A stretch of 64,000 nucleotides of DNA from Patescibacteria group bacterium (GTDB lineage: Bacteria > Patescibacteriota > Patescibacteriia > UBA10025 > JAHIVO01), in NCBI GenBank assembly GCA_049325535.1, contig JBMOKY010000001.1, positions 621,942-685,941 on the forward strand, in the 5' to 3' direction. The position numbers were made by a program, and so were the translations under genes. Each line of letters opens with the position of its first letter. The stretch's first letter is position 1. The notes under the pieces were generated by a model. It had not been told where the DNA came from and searched no databases. It was given only the letters and a program-made list of their open reading frames with translations. Below are positions 1 to 10,058 of the stretch, piece by piece.

Positions 1-31
1 TCACCCTGCGTCTTTTTTTGGAGAGAGTATG

Positions 32-1099
32 TTACCACTTAAGACCACCAGTTTTGTACTCGGTTACTCGCGTTTCAAAAAAATTTTTCTCCTTGCGCAA
101 GTCGATAACTTCGCTCATCCACGGAAAAGGGTTTTCTGACCCATACACTTTCGGTAAATGAATACGCTCAAGTCGTCGGTCGGCAATATATTCAATATAC
201 TGCCGAATAGTGCCTGCATTCAGGCCCAATATACCTCGCGGAAGGCAGTCTTTCGCATAGGCATCCTCAAGTTCCACGGCGTGAGTAATGTTTTTTGTGA
301 TAATCGATTTGAAATCCTCGGTCCATATTTCCGGATTTTCTTGAACGATGGTATTAATCAAATCAACCCCAAATGCCAAATGCACCGATTCATCGCGCAG
401 GATGAATTGAAATTGCTCCCCTACCCCGACCATCTTATTTTGGCGCATGAATGAAAGCATCATGACGAAGCCGGCGTAGAAAAAAATACCTTCCATGATG
501 ACGTAAAATCCGACCAAATCGTGGACGAAGCGGCGGATATTTTCCGTCCCCTGCGTACTAAAATTCGGATCGAGAATTGATTTCGTCATATCAACCACAA
601 AATCATCCTTGTCTTTGATGCTCGGAATTTTATTATACATCGTGTACACCTCTTCCGGATCGAGTCCCAGTGTATCACAACAGTAGATAAATGTATCCGT
701 ATGCACCGCCTCTTCATAGGCTTGTCGCAGCAAATACTGGCGGCATTCGGGATTGGTAATATGCCGGTAAATTATTAAAACGATGTTATTTGCCGTCAGG
801 CTTTCGGCCGTAGAAAAAAACCCCATATTCCACATGACCAAGCGCCGCTCATCCGGACTGAGCACATCTGGACTGTTCCACATTTCTACGTCTTTCTGCA
901 TGTTCACTTCCTCCGGCACCCAATTATTAGCCACGCCATTTTTATAATGGTCCCGCGCCCATAAATATTTCATGGGTAAAATCTTGTTTGGATCAGTGAC
1001 GGCACAGTTAAGAATCTTTTTTTCTTCTTGGGCTTGTTCTGTCATACTGTTCTGATTTAGTGATAAATAACTATTGGCAGGCTTCACATTCCTCATCAT
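32..1099 (-). CDS. nrdB: ribonucleotide reductase class Ia small subunit (R2/NrdB); alternative start at 1045 (MTEQ...) would remove the 29-nt overlap with nrdA
   Basis: Full-length similarity to di-iron/tyrosyl-radical R2 proteins (FFSTAESL, EEAVHTDTF, FYAGFV, RDESVHL, C-terminal EYKTGG); sits directly downstream of nrdA on the same strand. Confidence 0.9.
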   Translation of the reverse strand: MMRNVKPANSYLSLNQNSMTEQAQEEKKILNCAVTDPNKILPMKYLWARDHYKNGVANNWVPEEVNMQKDVEMWNSPDVLSPDERRLVMWNMGFFSTAESLTANNIVLIIYRHITNPECRQYLLRQAYEEAVHTDTFIYCCDTLGLDPEEVYTMYNKIPSIKDKDDFVVDMTKSILDPNFSTQGTENIRRFVHDLVGFYVIMEGIFFYAGFVMMLSFMRQNKMVGVGEQFQFILRDESVHLAFGVDLINTIVQENPEIWTEDFKSIITKNITHAVELEDAYAKDCLPRGILGLNAGTIRQYIEYIADRRLERIHLPKVYGSENPFPWMSEVIDLRKEKNFFETRVTEYKTGGLKW

Positions 1100-3890
1100 T
1101 GACTGCCGCGCTTGGTACGGCTACGGGTACACGAGTCATGATTGAGGCTGGCGGTGCCACGGGCGCGGCGGTCGGCATTTGCGGGGACGCTGACTGGATC
1201 GGAGCAGCCACACGAATGGCCGCAGGTGCCTCGAACTTTTTATTGATGTCTAATGTTGATTTTTCAATAGCCGATGCGCCCAGCGTCCGCAGGTAATACG
1301 TAGTTTTCAGCCCCATTTTCCAGGCAGTCAAGTATATGTCAGATATCATCGATCCTGAATCAGAGCTGGTGAAGATATTGACTGACTGACTTTGATCTAT
1401 CCACTTACCGCGGTATGCGGCATGTTTCACAATCCAGAATGTATCCGTCTCGAAAACCTCCTTATATTTTGCTTTCAGGTCGGCAGGTATCTCAGTAATC
1501 CGCTGAATACTGCCGTCGAAATACTTTATCTTTTCCAGCATTTCTTGACCCCATAAACCGAGCCGTTTCAAATCCTCGACGAGGTAGCGATTAACGACGG
1601 TAAATTCACCACTGACATTTGATTTCACGTACAGATTTTTGTAGATAGGCTCAATCGATGGGAGGCAGCCGGTAATATTCGCGATCGTGGCAGTCGGCGC
1701 GATAGCCAAACAGTTTGAATTGCGCATACCGTGCTCTTTGACGTGTTTGCGAACCGGTTCCCAATCAAGCGCGGCGGTCTGTGACACTCCCGTGACCATG
1801 CCTCGCTCCTCCTCCAGGAGCTTCAGGGTATCAATGGGGAAAAGATTTCTGTCCCATTTGGATCCTGCATACGTCTGATACGTCCCTCGTTCTTTCGCCA
1901 GTTCTGAAGAGCCTAGAATAGCGTAGTACGAGATAAACTCCATAATGTGATCAGCGAGCTCCACTGCTTCATCACTATCAAATGTCATATTTAATTCATA
2001 CAATACGTCCTGGAAGCCCATCACGCCAAGTCCAACCGGACGATGCTTGAAATTTGAGTGTTTCGCCTCTTTGGTCGGATAAAAATTCAAATCAATGACA
2101 TTGTCCAGCATGCGCATCGCTACCCGCACCGTCTGCCGCATCTGATCCTTATCCAGTTCCCCACTGACGATGTGCCGCGGTAAATTAATTGATCCAAGAT
2201 TACATACGGCCGTTTCCTCCTTTGACGTATTGAGGGTAATTTCAGTACACAGGTTTGAGCTATGCACCACGCCGACATGATCCTGAGGTGAACGAACATT
2301 ACAGGGATCCTTAAAAGTGATCCATGGGTGACCAGTTTCAAACATCATGGTGATGATTTTTCGCCACAGTTTGATTGCCGGCATCCGTTTGAAGAGGCGT
2401 ATTTCACCCGCATCCGCTTTGCGTTCATACTCAATATACCGGCGCTCAAATTCCCGGCCATAGACATGGTGTAAATCAGGCGTTTCATCAGTAGAAAAAA
2501 GCGTCCATTGTTCATTATTCAGCACTCGTTTCATGAATAAATCCGGTATCCAGTTTGCGGTATTGATGTCGTGAGTACGGCGTCGTTCATCACCTGTATT
2601 TTTTCGTAATTCAAGAAATGACTCGATATCATAGTGCCACGTCTCGAGATAGACGCACGTAGCCCCACGACGCTTACCGCTTCGGTTGATGGCTGCGGTG
2701 GTCGAATCGACAATCTTTAAAAACGGTATGACACCCTGGCTGCCTACGTTCGTCGACTTTATCAGCGAACCGGTACCGCGAATGTTTGTCCAATCATTAC
2801 CGAGCCCTCCTGACCACTTCGAAAGCTGTGCATTATCACCAATGCATTTGAAAATGTGATCAAGGTCATCTTCAACTGTCGTCAAATAACATGAACTCAT
2901 CTGTGGATGATGGGTACCCGCGTGGAACAAAGTCGGGGTTGATGGAACGTACAGCATTTGAGATATTATTTCGTAAAACTCGGTGGCTCGTTTTTCCTTT
3001 TCCAACTCATTCAGCGACAGCCCCATGGCGATGCGCATCCAAAAATACTGAGGAGTTTCTAAAATTTGCTGTTCATGCGTGCGAACAAAATAGCGATCAT
3101 ATAGCGTCTGGGCGCCCAGATACATGAATAAATTATCACGCTCAGGCTTGATGGCAGCTTGTAATATTTCCATGTCAAAATTGAGTAACCGCGGGTCATA
3201 ACGACCGGCAGCTACCCCTTCATTTATTTTTTTTGCCAATGTGGTGCGATAGACTGACTCAAAATGTGGATCAGAAATATCCGTCCCGAGTACTTCGGTA
3301 TACAAATCATTAAACAAAAAACGCGCAGCTAACGATGAGTATCCCGGATCTCGTTCGATGCGCCCCTTGATGGCCATCAGCACCGCTTTATTGATCTCTT
3401 TAGTGGTGATTCCGTCATGCACGTTTGCCAGCGACTCTTCCACGATCTCATGTATTGCCTCCCGATTGAGATGACCATTACATTTTAACACCGCGGTTTC
3501 TATCTGCCTGATATCAAAATCAGCCACACTACCATCGCGCTTTCGCACCTTAAGCTGGCGGGCTTTGGCCCGGTCGTACAGCTCTTTACGAAGCTGTTCT
3601 CGCGCCTGTTCTCGTTCCCGACGGTATATAATATATGCCTTTGAAACGTCAAAATAACCCCGCTCAGCTATTTTCCGCTCAACGATGTCCTGAATATCCT
3701 CGACGCCCGGCACCCGATCTCCATATCGGGTTTCCAGTAGACTAATGACGTCATCAGTTATAGAAATTATTATCTCATCTGTATATTCCGTTTCCGTAGC
3801 CGTAAATGCCTTCCGAATAGCTGATTCAATACGCGACCGATCAAAAGGCACAATTGTACCGACCCGCTTTTTTACCTGTGCTATTGCCAT
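1071..3890 (-). CDS. nrdA: ribonucleotide reductase class Ia large subunit (R1/NrdA)
   Basis: N-terminal ATP-cone (VKKRVGTIVPFDRSRIESAIRKA); catalytic-core motifs including NLCTEI; C-terminal redox Cys pair ECEACQ after a Pro/Ala-rich tail; 939 aa. Confidence 0.9.
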   Translation of the reverse strand: MAIAQVKKRVGTIVPFDRSRIESAIRKAFTATETEYTDEIIISITDDVISLLETRYGDRVPGVEDIQDIVERKIAERGYFDVSKAYIIYRREREQAREQLRKELYDRAKARQLKVRKRDGSVADFDIRQIETAVLKCNGHLNREAIHEIVEESLANVHDGITTKEINKAVLMAIKGRIERDPGYSSLAARFLFNDLYTEVLGTDISDPHFESVYRTTLAKKINEGVAAGRYDPRLLNFDMEILQAAIKPERDNLFMYLGAQTLYDRYFVRTHEQQILETPQYFWMRIAMGLSLNELEKEKRATEFYEIISQMLYVPSTPTLFHAGTHHPQMSSCYLTTVEDDLDHIFKCIGDNAQLSKWSGGLGNDWTNIRGTGSLIKSTNVGSQGVIPFLKIVDSTTAAINRSGKRRGATCVYLETWHYDIESFLELRKNTGDERRRTHDINTANWIPDLFMKRVLNNEQWTLFSTDETPDLHHVYGREFERRYIEYERKADAGEIRLFKRMPAIKLWRKIITMMFETGHPWITFKDPCNVRSPQDHVGVVHSSNLCTEITLNTSKEETAVCNLGSINLPRHIVSGELDKDQMRQTVRVAMRMLDNVIDLNFYPTKEAKHSNFKHRPVGLGVMGFQDVLYELNMTFDSDEAVELADHIMEFISYYAILGSSELAKERGTYQTYAGSKWDRNLFPIDTLKLLEEERGMVTGVSQTAALDWEPVRKHVKEHGMRNSNCLAIAPTATIANITGCLPSIEPIYKNLYVKSNVSGEFTVVNRYLVEDLKRLGLWGQEMLEKIKYFDGSIQRITEIPADLKAKYKEVFETDTFWIVKHAAYRGKWIDQSQSVNIFTSSDSGSMISDIYLTAWKMGLKTTYYLRTLGASAIEKSTLDINKKFEAPAAIRVAAPIQSASPQMPTAAPVAPPASIMTRVPVAVPSAAVNDEECEACQ

Positions 3891-4142
3891 AGTATTTATT
3901 TTTATTACTCAGTTTGAGAAAGTAATTGACCTGGCTCACATGCCTATAATCGAATAATTGCACGGTACAAACTCCGCCGAGACAAAAAAGCCCCGCTGTC
4001 ACTGCCATGACTCCCAGCCTTCCATGATCTACTCCGCCTGCCTCCAGTATATTTCTCTAGTTTTTGATTTTTATGAAATAGAGCGTATACGTGCATATAC
4101 AGTATAGCGCATCCAAACAGAAAACTCAACTGTGGATAAACT

Positions 4143-4186
4143 ACATGTAGTATCATATGTGTAATAGATAACACTATAGATAGTAT
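4143..4186 (-). promoter_or_regulatory. candidate NrdR-box-like palindromes upstream of nrdAB
   Basis: AT-rich region upstream of nrdA contains ACATGTAGTATCATATGTGT and ACACTATAGATAGTAT; these resemble the 16-bp NrdR operator palindrome (acaCwAtATaTwGtgt) as recalled from the literature; not computed. Confidence 0.2.
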
Positions 4187-4311
4187 ATTTAAGCTAATGA
4201 TAGCCAATATCATTATAGAATTCTTGGGCGTATCGTTTTCTCGATGCATAAAAAATCGCGTACCACCATAAAAAAATGTGGCGTACGTTACTGAGCCATG
4301 GGTACACCTAA

Positions 4312-4364
4312 GGCTGTGGCAGGGCTGGATTCGAACCCGCACACAATAATTTGCCCTGCGCCAC
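4312..4364 (-). other. tRNA-like top-half fragment (T-arm GGTTCGAATCC plus acceptor-like stem, no D or anticodon arms)
   Basis: Minus-strand sequence GTGGCGCAGGG-N13-GCGGGTTCGAATCCAGCCCTGCCAC folds as acceptor-like stem plus T-arm only; lies about 35 nt 3' of tRNA-Gln. Confidence 0.3.
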
Positions 4365-4397
4365 AATAACGCGGTAAATATCCATTCTCATTCTCTA

Positions 4398-4468
4398 CTG
4401 CCGGGGCAGGAATCGAACCTACATACTGGGCTTCAAAGGCCCATGTCCTACCATTAGACGACCCGGCA
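4398..4468 (-). tRNA. tRNA-Gln (anticodon UUG)
   Basis: Hand-folded cloverleaf: U1:A72 acceptor, U8, D-stem GTCT/GGAC, anticodon loop CUUUGAA, T-loop TTCGATT, G73 discriminator. Confidence 0.85.
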
Positions 4469-4664
4469 GCAGAGAATGTAATGTTATTTTTTGAGTTTCC
4501 TACACACCCTCTAGAAATAAATCACATTTCGAGACGATGCGACGACCTGCCTGCTATGCACGCAGCTCCCCCACTTCTATCGACCCCTCTGTAGGATACC
4601 ACCAAAAAATAGCGGCGTACCGTATTGTAGGACGAGTCGGGCAAGACGTCAAACGAGGTAATCG

Positions 4665-5579
4665 CTAAACTTTCAGATATCGACCGATGGCTATACTTGA
4701 ACTGATTCCACTCAATAATATGGCGAAGAGAAGCTGCAAACCTGCCAGCATGACCAAATTATCATTGACATACTGAATCATGTCCAGATCATACCCCTCA
4801 AAAAAAGAATTTAGCTGCGGCGCAATTACATTCAGTACCGGATACAGAATGAGCAGCGTGATGATCACCGCTACAATAGCATATAAAAATGTTTCGATGA
4901 TAAATGGCATGCGCACAAAGGCATTGCTCCCGCCCACCAGTTTCATGATGCCGATTTCTTCACGATGGGTATAAATATTTATGCGAATCGTGTTGAAAAT
5001 TATGAGTACTGCTATCAGCACAAAAATGCCGCTGACGATTATACCGACTTGCTCAATCCGGTTAGAAACGTCAGACAAACGTTCGATGACCGTTTGGTTA
5101 TTGTCAAAACTACGCTCCTCTATGAGCGCATCGTATTGTGGCTGATCTAAAATATCAATGATAGCGCTATACTCATCAATCGACGAAGCTTTAATGACAA
5201 TTGTTGCGCTGAGCGGATTCTCCTCAAGCTGGTCTATCGCATCAAGTATCACCGAATCGTCCTCGTGCTGCTTTCTGAACTTTTCTAGTGCATCATCCTT
5301 CGAAACATAAACTACCTCCTTGACTTGTGGCAGCGCCAGCAGCGTATCGCGGACGGCTATCGCATCTTGCTCAGCGGTATCCTGTTTAAAATAAATCGAA
5401 ACATCGACTCTGTCTTGAACCGAGCTAATTGCTTGATCGGCTACTACATTGATCCCCGCCACCATGGTGATGGAGAATAGCGTTAAGACCAAAATAATAA
5501 TGGTTACGATAGACAGCCAAAAATTTCTGAAAAAACCCTGTATGGCGAATTTGATTGTGCGTGTGAGAAATAACAACAT
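4665..5579 (-). CDS. ftsX: cell-division ABC transporter permease FtsX
   Basis: Four TM segments with a large periplasmic loop; N-terminus typical of FtsX (IKFAIQGFFRN); directly follows ftsE. Confidence 0.8.
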   Translation of the reverse strand: MLLFLTRTIKFAIQGFFRNFWLSIVTIIILVLTLFSITMVAGINVVADQAISSVQDRVDVSIYFKQDTAEQDAIAVRDTLLALPQVKEVVYVSKDDALEKFRKQHEDDSVILDAIDQLEENPLSATIVIKASSIDEYSAIIDILDQPQYDALIEERSFDNNQTVIERLSDVSNRIEQVGIIVSGIFVLIAVLIIFNTIRINIYTHREEIGIMKLVGGSNAFVRMPFIIETFLYAIVAVIITLLILYPVLNVIAPQLNSFFEGYDLDMIQYVNDNLVMLAGLQLLFAILLSGISSSIAIGRYLKV

Positions 5580-5582
5580 ACG

Positions 5583-6263
5583 TTACAAAATATATTTACC
5601 GCTCTGCTGATCTGAAATGATACTCCCCTGGTCGACGGTAATCACCCGTTTACGCAGTGCATTGACCACTTCACGGTTATGGGTTACCAGCACCACCGTG
5701 GTGCCAAACTCATTTATTTTTTTCAGCAAATTAATGATTTCCTGCGAATTGATGGAGTCTAAATTTCCGGTCGGCTCATCAGCTACCAGTATTTTTGGTC
5801 GATGGACGAGCGCTCGGGCAATGGCCGTCCGCTGCTGTTCGCCACCCGACAACTGCTGAGGAAATCGATCACGTTTCTGGTCGAGTCCCACTATTTTCAA
5901 AACTTGTGGGACGATTTCATTGATGCGCTTACTCTTCGCGCCGGCTACCTCCAAACCAAATGACACATTTTCAAAAACCGTTTTTCGAGGGAGAAGTTTG
6001 AAATCCTGAAAGATAACTCCGATTTGCCTCCGGAGAATGGGAATTTCACTTGATTTAATGCCGGTAATATCCCAATCGCCAATAATCACCCGGCCTTTAC
6101 TGGGCCGCTCTTCAGCGATTATCATTTTGACCAGGGTAGTTTTCCCGGTTCCGGATTGGCCAACGACCGACACAAATTCGCCCGGTTTTATGTGCAGATT
6201 CACATTCTTCAGGGCGTACGTGTCGGGTGGATAAATTTTTGATACGTTTTTGAATCGAATCAT
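5583..6263 (-). CDS. ftsE: cell-division ABC ATPase FtsE
   Basis: Walker A GQSGTGKTT, ABC signature LSGGEQQR, Walker [13 protein letters not shown]; about 226 aa immediately upstream of ftsX. Confidence 0.85.
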   Translation of the reverse strand: MIRFKNVSKIYPPDTYALKNVNLHIKPGEFVSVVGQSGTGKTTLVKMIIAEERPSKGRVIIGDWDITGIKSSEIPILRRQIGVIFQDFKLLPRKTVFENVSFGLEVAGAKSKRINEIVPQVLKIVGLDQKRDRFPQQLSGGEQQRTAIARALVHRPKILVADEPTGNLDSINSQEIINLLKKINEFGTTVVLVTHNREVVNALRKRVITVDQGSIISDQQSGKYIL

Positions 6264-6278
6264 GCGTTAAAAAATCCC

Positions 6279-7583
6279 TCACTCATATTTTAGCGCATCT
6301 ATAGGATCAAGTCGAGCAGCCCGAATGGCGGGCGCTACGCCAAAAAATACGCCGACCACCACTGTAAAAACAAATGCTAATAATATTGTTTCCACAGAAA
6401 TTATTGCCGCGAGGCCAATCTGAGCCTGCAGGATAGCACCGGTAACGAACGCCAGAGAAACACCGATTGCGCCTCCTAAAAAAGTTAAAAATATTGCTTC
6501 AACGAGAAATTGAACCAATATATCACTTCCAGAAGCTCCAATAGCTTTACGCAACCCGATTTCCTTGATCCGCTCGGTCACTGAAACAAGCATAATATTC
6601 ATTACCCCGATCCCTCCGACCAGCAACGAAATGGCTGCGATACCGGTCAACATGGATGTGATAATGCCCAACACCTGATCAAAAACGCTCAAGATATCCT
6701 CCTGAGTCAAAACACTGAAGTCGTCCACACCTTCATGGTTCGTAAGCAATGCCCGCTCAACCTGGCTTTTTAATTGGTTAATGTCGTTGGTATCCTCGGC
6801 TGTGAGAACAATGCGAGTAATCTGAACGGACTCGTTAACCGATTTTGCTGTCGAATAAGGGATAATAATTACATTTGAAAACTGATTGGTTGCACTGAGC
6901 AGACTGTCAGCATCCTGTTTTGCCTCGAGTAAACCAACTATCGTAAAGGCTTCCTTTCCGATGTATACCGTATTGCCGATAGTGTCACTGTAGGATTGTC
7001 CGGGAAACAGCTGGTCAATGGCCCCCGAATATCCGACGGCAACCCGGGCACCGGCCTCATACTCCTCCTGGGTGAACATACGACCATACTCCTGACCTTC
7101 CGTCATCTGCCCGGTAAATGCGGTACGAACGTCAATCGTGCTGCCAATCACCATAATTGGCGAGCCCGTCGCGGCGGCGGACGGGACTGGACCCTCGTTT
7201 GTCGGCAAGGAGACAGGAATTTTTGGTTCAGTTGCCGATGCGGGTATTGACAGCATAGCCATCGGTACCACATTTTTTACCCCATCAAGCCCATTCAAAA
7301 CTTCCAGGTCGGACTCAGTTAGCGTGCTGGAACCTACGAAGCTGGCTCCCGAAGTGGCGCCGGATGAACTGTCGATTTTCCCCGACGCGATGAAAAGCAG
7401 GTTTGAGCCCAATCCTTCGATTTGACCAGTCACTTCCTGCTTCACTCCTTCACCAATAGATACCAGCATGACGATGGCGTACACACCAATAATAACACCG
7501 AGCATGGTTAGAAATGAGCGAGTTTTCTTTGACCAGACGGCGGCCAATGCCAAACGAATATTTTCAAGTATTTTTATAAACAT
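6279..7583 (-). CDS. ABC transporter permease, MacB/FtsX-like with large periplasmic domain
   Basis: N-terminal TM helix, about 250-aa extracytoplasmic domain, C-terminal FtsX-type 3-TM bundle; paired with the ATPase upstream. Confidence 0.8.
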   Translation of the reverse strand: MFIKILENIRLALAAVWSKKTRSFLTMLGVIIGVYAIVMLVSIGEGVKQEVTGQIEGLGSNLLFIASGKIDSSSGATSGASFVGSSTLTESDLEVLNGLDGVKNVVPMAMLSIPASATEPKIPVSLPTNEGPVPSAAATGSPIMVIGSTIDVRTAFTGQMTEGQEYGRMFTQEEYEAGARVAVGYSGAIDQLFPGQSYSDTIGNTVYIGKEAFTIVGLLEAKQDADSLLSATNQFSNVIIIPYSTAKSVNESVQITRIVLTAEDTNDINQLKSQVERALLTNHEGVDDFSVLTQEDILSVFDQVLGIITSMLTGIAAISLLVGGIGVMNIMLVSVTERIKEIGLRKAIGASGSDILVQFLVEAIFLTFLGGAIGVSLAFVTGAILQAQIGLAAIISVETILLAFVFTVVVGVFFGVAPAIRAARLDPIDALKYE

Positions 7584-7585
7584 AG

Positions 7586-8281
7586 CTATGATCCGATTAT
7601 GCCATCAATAATTCTAATAGTTCGTGTAGTCTGCTCGGCGACTGACGGATCATGGGTGACGAGGATAATCGTGACCCCTTTGGCATTGAGCGCACGCAGT
7701 ACGTCCATCACCTGAGCGCCATTTTTTGAATCCAAATTGCCCGTCGGTTCATCAGCTAATATAATTGACGGATGCGTAATCAAGGCACGGGCAATGGCCA
7801 CTCGCTGCTGCTCGCCGCCCGACAGCATGGCTGGACGGCTTTTAAATTTTTCAGCCAGTCCCACCTGGGTCAATACTTCCCGCGCGCGCCGTCGGCGTTC
7901 TGTAAGCTTCACCCCCTGGTATATCAGTGGGAGTTCCACATTCGCCTGGGCGGTCAGTCGCGGTAATAAATTATAATTCTGAAAAACAAATCCGATTTTG
8001 TGCCGCCTGATCTTCACCAGTTCTGAGCTGGATTGGTCAGAAACAAGCTCACCAGCAAAATAATATTCACCAGAGGTGGGCCGATCGAGACAGCCTAAAA
8101 TATTCATCAGTGTCGACTTACCTGATCCTGACACGCCCATCACCGCTACAAATTCACCCTGTTCCACAGCCAAGCTGATGCCGTGCAATGCGGTATACTG
8201 CTGCTCCTTATTTTTACCGTAGGTTTTTACTACTTTTTTTAATTCAATGAGTGCCATAGGTTTATAAAACCGATAATCCAT
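7586..8281 (-). CDS. ABC transporter ATP-binding protein (MacB/LolD-like)
   Basis: Walker [10 protein letters not shown], signature [13 protein letters not shown], Walker [13 protein letters not shown]-loop VTHD. Confidence 0.85.
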   Translation of the reverse strand: MDYRFYKPMALIELKKVVKTYGKNKEQQYTALHGISLAVEQGEFVAVMGVSGSGKSTLMNILGCLDRPTSGEYYFAGELVSDQSSSELVKIRRHKIGFVFQNYNLLPRLTAQANVELPLIYQGVKLTERRRRAREVLTQVGLAEKFKSRPAMLSGGEQQRVAIARALITHPSIILADEPTGNLDSKNGAQVMDVLRALNAKGVTIILVTHDPSVAEQTTRTIRIIDGIIGS

Positions 8282-9836
8282 ACTGAATCAGCTGCTTTGT
8301 TTCATCCCATCGTTGGCGGTCGGATCCGGCGCCCAGTACGACGGTCACGATCTCCGGCTCTCCCCGCGTCCGGCTCGTTTTGATGACATAGCAATACCCA
8401 GCCTCATCGAGATAGCCAGTTTTCATACCAGTAATGACATAGGGGCTTCCCTGCATGCCGGTGGAGGTATTTTTTATCGTGTGCGGCCTACCCGCGCTGA
8501 TAGTACTGAAGCTATACGTCCATGTCGAGGTCGCCTGCATGATGCGGAAATCTGCAAAAGCGCGCTTTGCCAGACGGGAAATGTCATAGACGGTCGAAGT
8601 ATTTGCCGGGTCCAGTCCAGTGACATCGACAAACCGTGTGTGCGTCAGTCCCCACGCCTTCGCTTTTGCATTCATGCGTGACACAAACTCCTCAGTTGAC
8701 AATCCAGTAGCGCGTGCCAGTGTTTTTGCAGCGTTATTTGCCGAACCAACGAGCATGGTATACCACAGGTCTTTGACCGTCAGTGTTTCACCAGGAAGGA
8801 TAGACAGCGACGATCCGATAGCGTTATCCTCACCTGCGTAGGCCACCACCCGGTCAAAGGGCGTATCGGTATCCAGAAATACTAGTGCGGTCATCAATTT
8901 GGTAATGCTGGCCAACGGACGGGACGTATCAAAATTTTTTGAATACAGTATCCGGTCGTCCGATGCCTGAATCGTGATGACTGCGGCCGATCCGATACGA
9001 GGTTCCGGGACTGATGCTTGGACCGTTTCGCTGCCAAGGACCGTTCCCCCATTATCCAATCGTGATACCTGCACACGCGCCGTGCCTTCATATCTATTCT
9101 CAATCTGTTCAAAAGCGGTCAGGCTCAAGTCAATCACCCGGCGCTCATTGAATGGTCGAAACGGACCGGTCGATACCACCTCGACATCAACGATCTTTCC
9201 ATTATCGACATTACGTACACGGAGTTTGGCGCCCATGGGAAAATCATTACTCGCGGCGCCATACGGATAACGGGTCGATCGATACCAGGACGCATACCCC
9301 TCAGTGCCGTTTTGATCCTCAAATACGGCCACTCGGGAAAAAGGCAGATGCGTAACGCCGTATACATACCCGGTATCATAATTTATAAATGACGGAAGCG
9401 GCACCCACTGCCGAGCCGGAGAACTCCAATAGAAAATTCGTTTCCGCCACAAATTACCTGAATCAAATTTGAGCGCCAGATGAAAAGGCTTATTCAGAAC
9501 GAGTGGACCTTCCAGCTGCTTGTCCTGACGCAGGATGTCATACAGATAATAATTGCTGACCCGTTTCATGCCATCCGGATCAGGATACCCGCTTTCATTG
9601 AACTGCTTCAGATCCAGATTGATCCGCTCATTGACTAAACCGGGTAAGATGCCGACGAGAAAATTCCCCCACTGGACGCCCGGGGCAGCGTCAAAACTGG
9701 CGGTATAGCCGCGCTGTATGGCCTCAGCGGTAAATCGCACCCGCATATCCGGAGTCAGCGCCTGTGCCGTGTGCCCTGCGACGAATAAGCCGCAGATAAC
9801 GATTGACAGACTAACTAAAAAACCGTATCTTTTCAT
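8262..9836 (-). CDS. secreted D-alanyl-D-alanine carboxypeptidase (S11, DacA-like) fused to an RlpA-like DPBB domain
   Basis: Signal peptide; mid-protein GYASWY...GAKLRVRNVDNGKIVDVEVVSTGPF (RlpA double-psi beta-barrel); C-terminal half has SITK (SxxK), SAN (SxN) and KTG motifs of PBP5/6-type DD-carboxypeptidases. Confidence 0.75.
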   Translation of the reverse strand: MKRYGFLVSLSIVICGLFVAGHTAQALTPDMRVRFTAEAIQRGYTASFDAAPGVQWGNFLVGILPGLVNERINLDLKQFNESGYPDPDGMKRVSNYYLYDILRQDKQLEGPLVLNKPFHLALKFDSGNLWRKRIFYWSSPARQWVPLPSFINYDTGYVYGVTHLPFSRVAVFEDQNGTEGYASWYRSTRYPYGAASNDFPMGAKLRVRNVDNGKIVDVEVVSTGPFRPFNERRVIDLSLTAFEQIENRYEGTARVQVSRLDNGGTVLGSETVQASVPEPRIGSAAVITIQASDDRILYSKNFDTSRPLASITKLMTALVFLDTDTPFDRVVAYAGEDNAIGSSLSILPGETLTVKDLWYTMLVGSANNAAKTLARATGLSTEEFVSRMNAKAKAWGLTHTRFVDVTGLDPANTSTVYDISRLAKRAFADFRIMQATSTWTYSFSTISAGRPHTIKNTSTGMQGSPYVITGMKTGYLDEAGYCYVIKTSRTRGEPEIVTVVLGAGSDRQRWDETKQLIQYGLSVL

Positions 9837-9878
9837 ATTACTCAGAGTTAGCTATACTCATACGTACAACCCTTTCCT

Positions 9879-9949
9879 GCGGGTATCGTATAGCGGTAGT
9901 ACGCGACCTTCCCAAGGTTGAAGTACGGGTTCGACTCCCGTTACCCGCT
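9879..9949 (+). tRNA. tRNA-Gly (anticodon CCC)
   Basis: Cloverleaf GCGGGTA/TACCCGC acceptor, anticodon loop UUCCCAA, T-arm ACGGGTTCGACTCCCGT. Confidence 0.85.
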
Positions 9950-9972
9950 TGTCGGGCTTGATTCGACCGTAT

Positions 9973-10048
9973 GCCGGCGTAGCTCAGTTGGTAGAGCAAT
10001 GCTTTCGTAAAGCAGAGGTCGGAGGTTCGACTCCTCTCGCCGGCTCCA
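9973..10048 (+). tRNA. tRNA-Thr (anticodon CGU), CCA encoded
   Basis: GCCGGCG acceptor, D-arm GCTCAGTTGGTAGAGC, anticodon loop UUCGUAA, T-arm GGAGGTTCGACTCCTCT, 3' CCA present. Confidence 0.85.
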
Positions 10049-10058
10049 GCCACCCACA

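Noticed and set aside
3944-4366. 140-aa track ORF in the AT-rich nrdA to tRNA intergenic region
   Set aside because: Low-complexity AT-rich translation; runs across the tRNA-like fragment; no SD; the region reads better as promoter/operator DNA.
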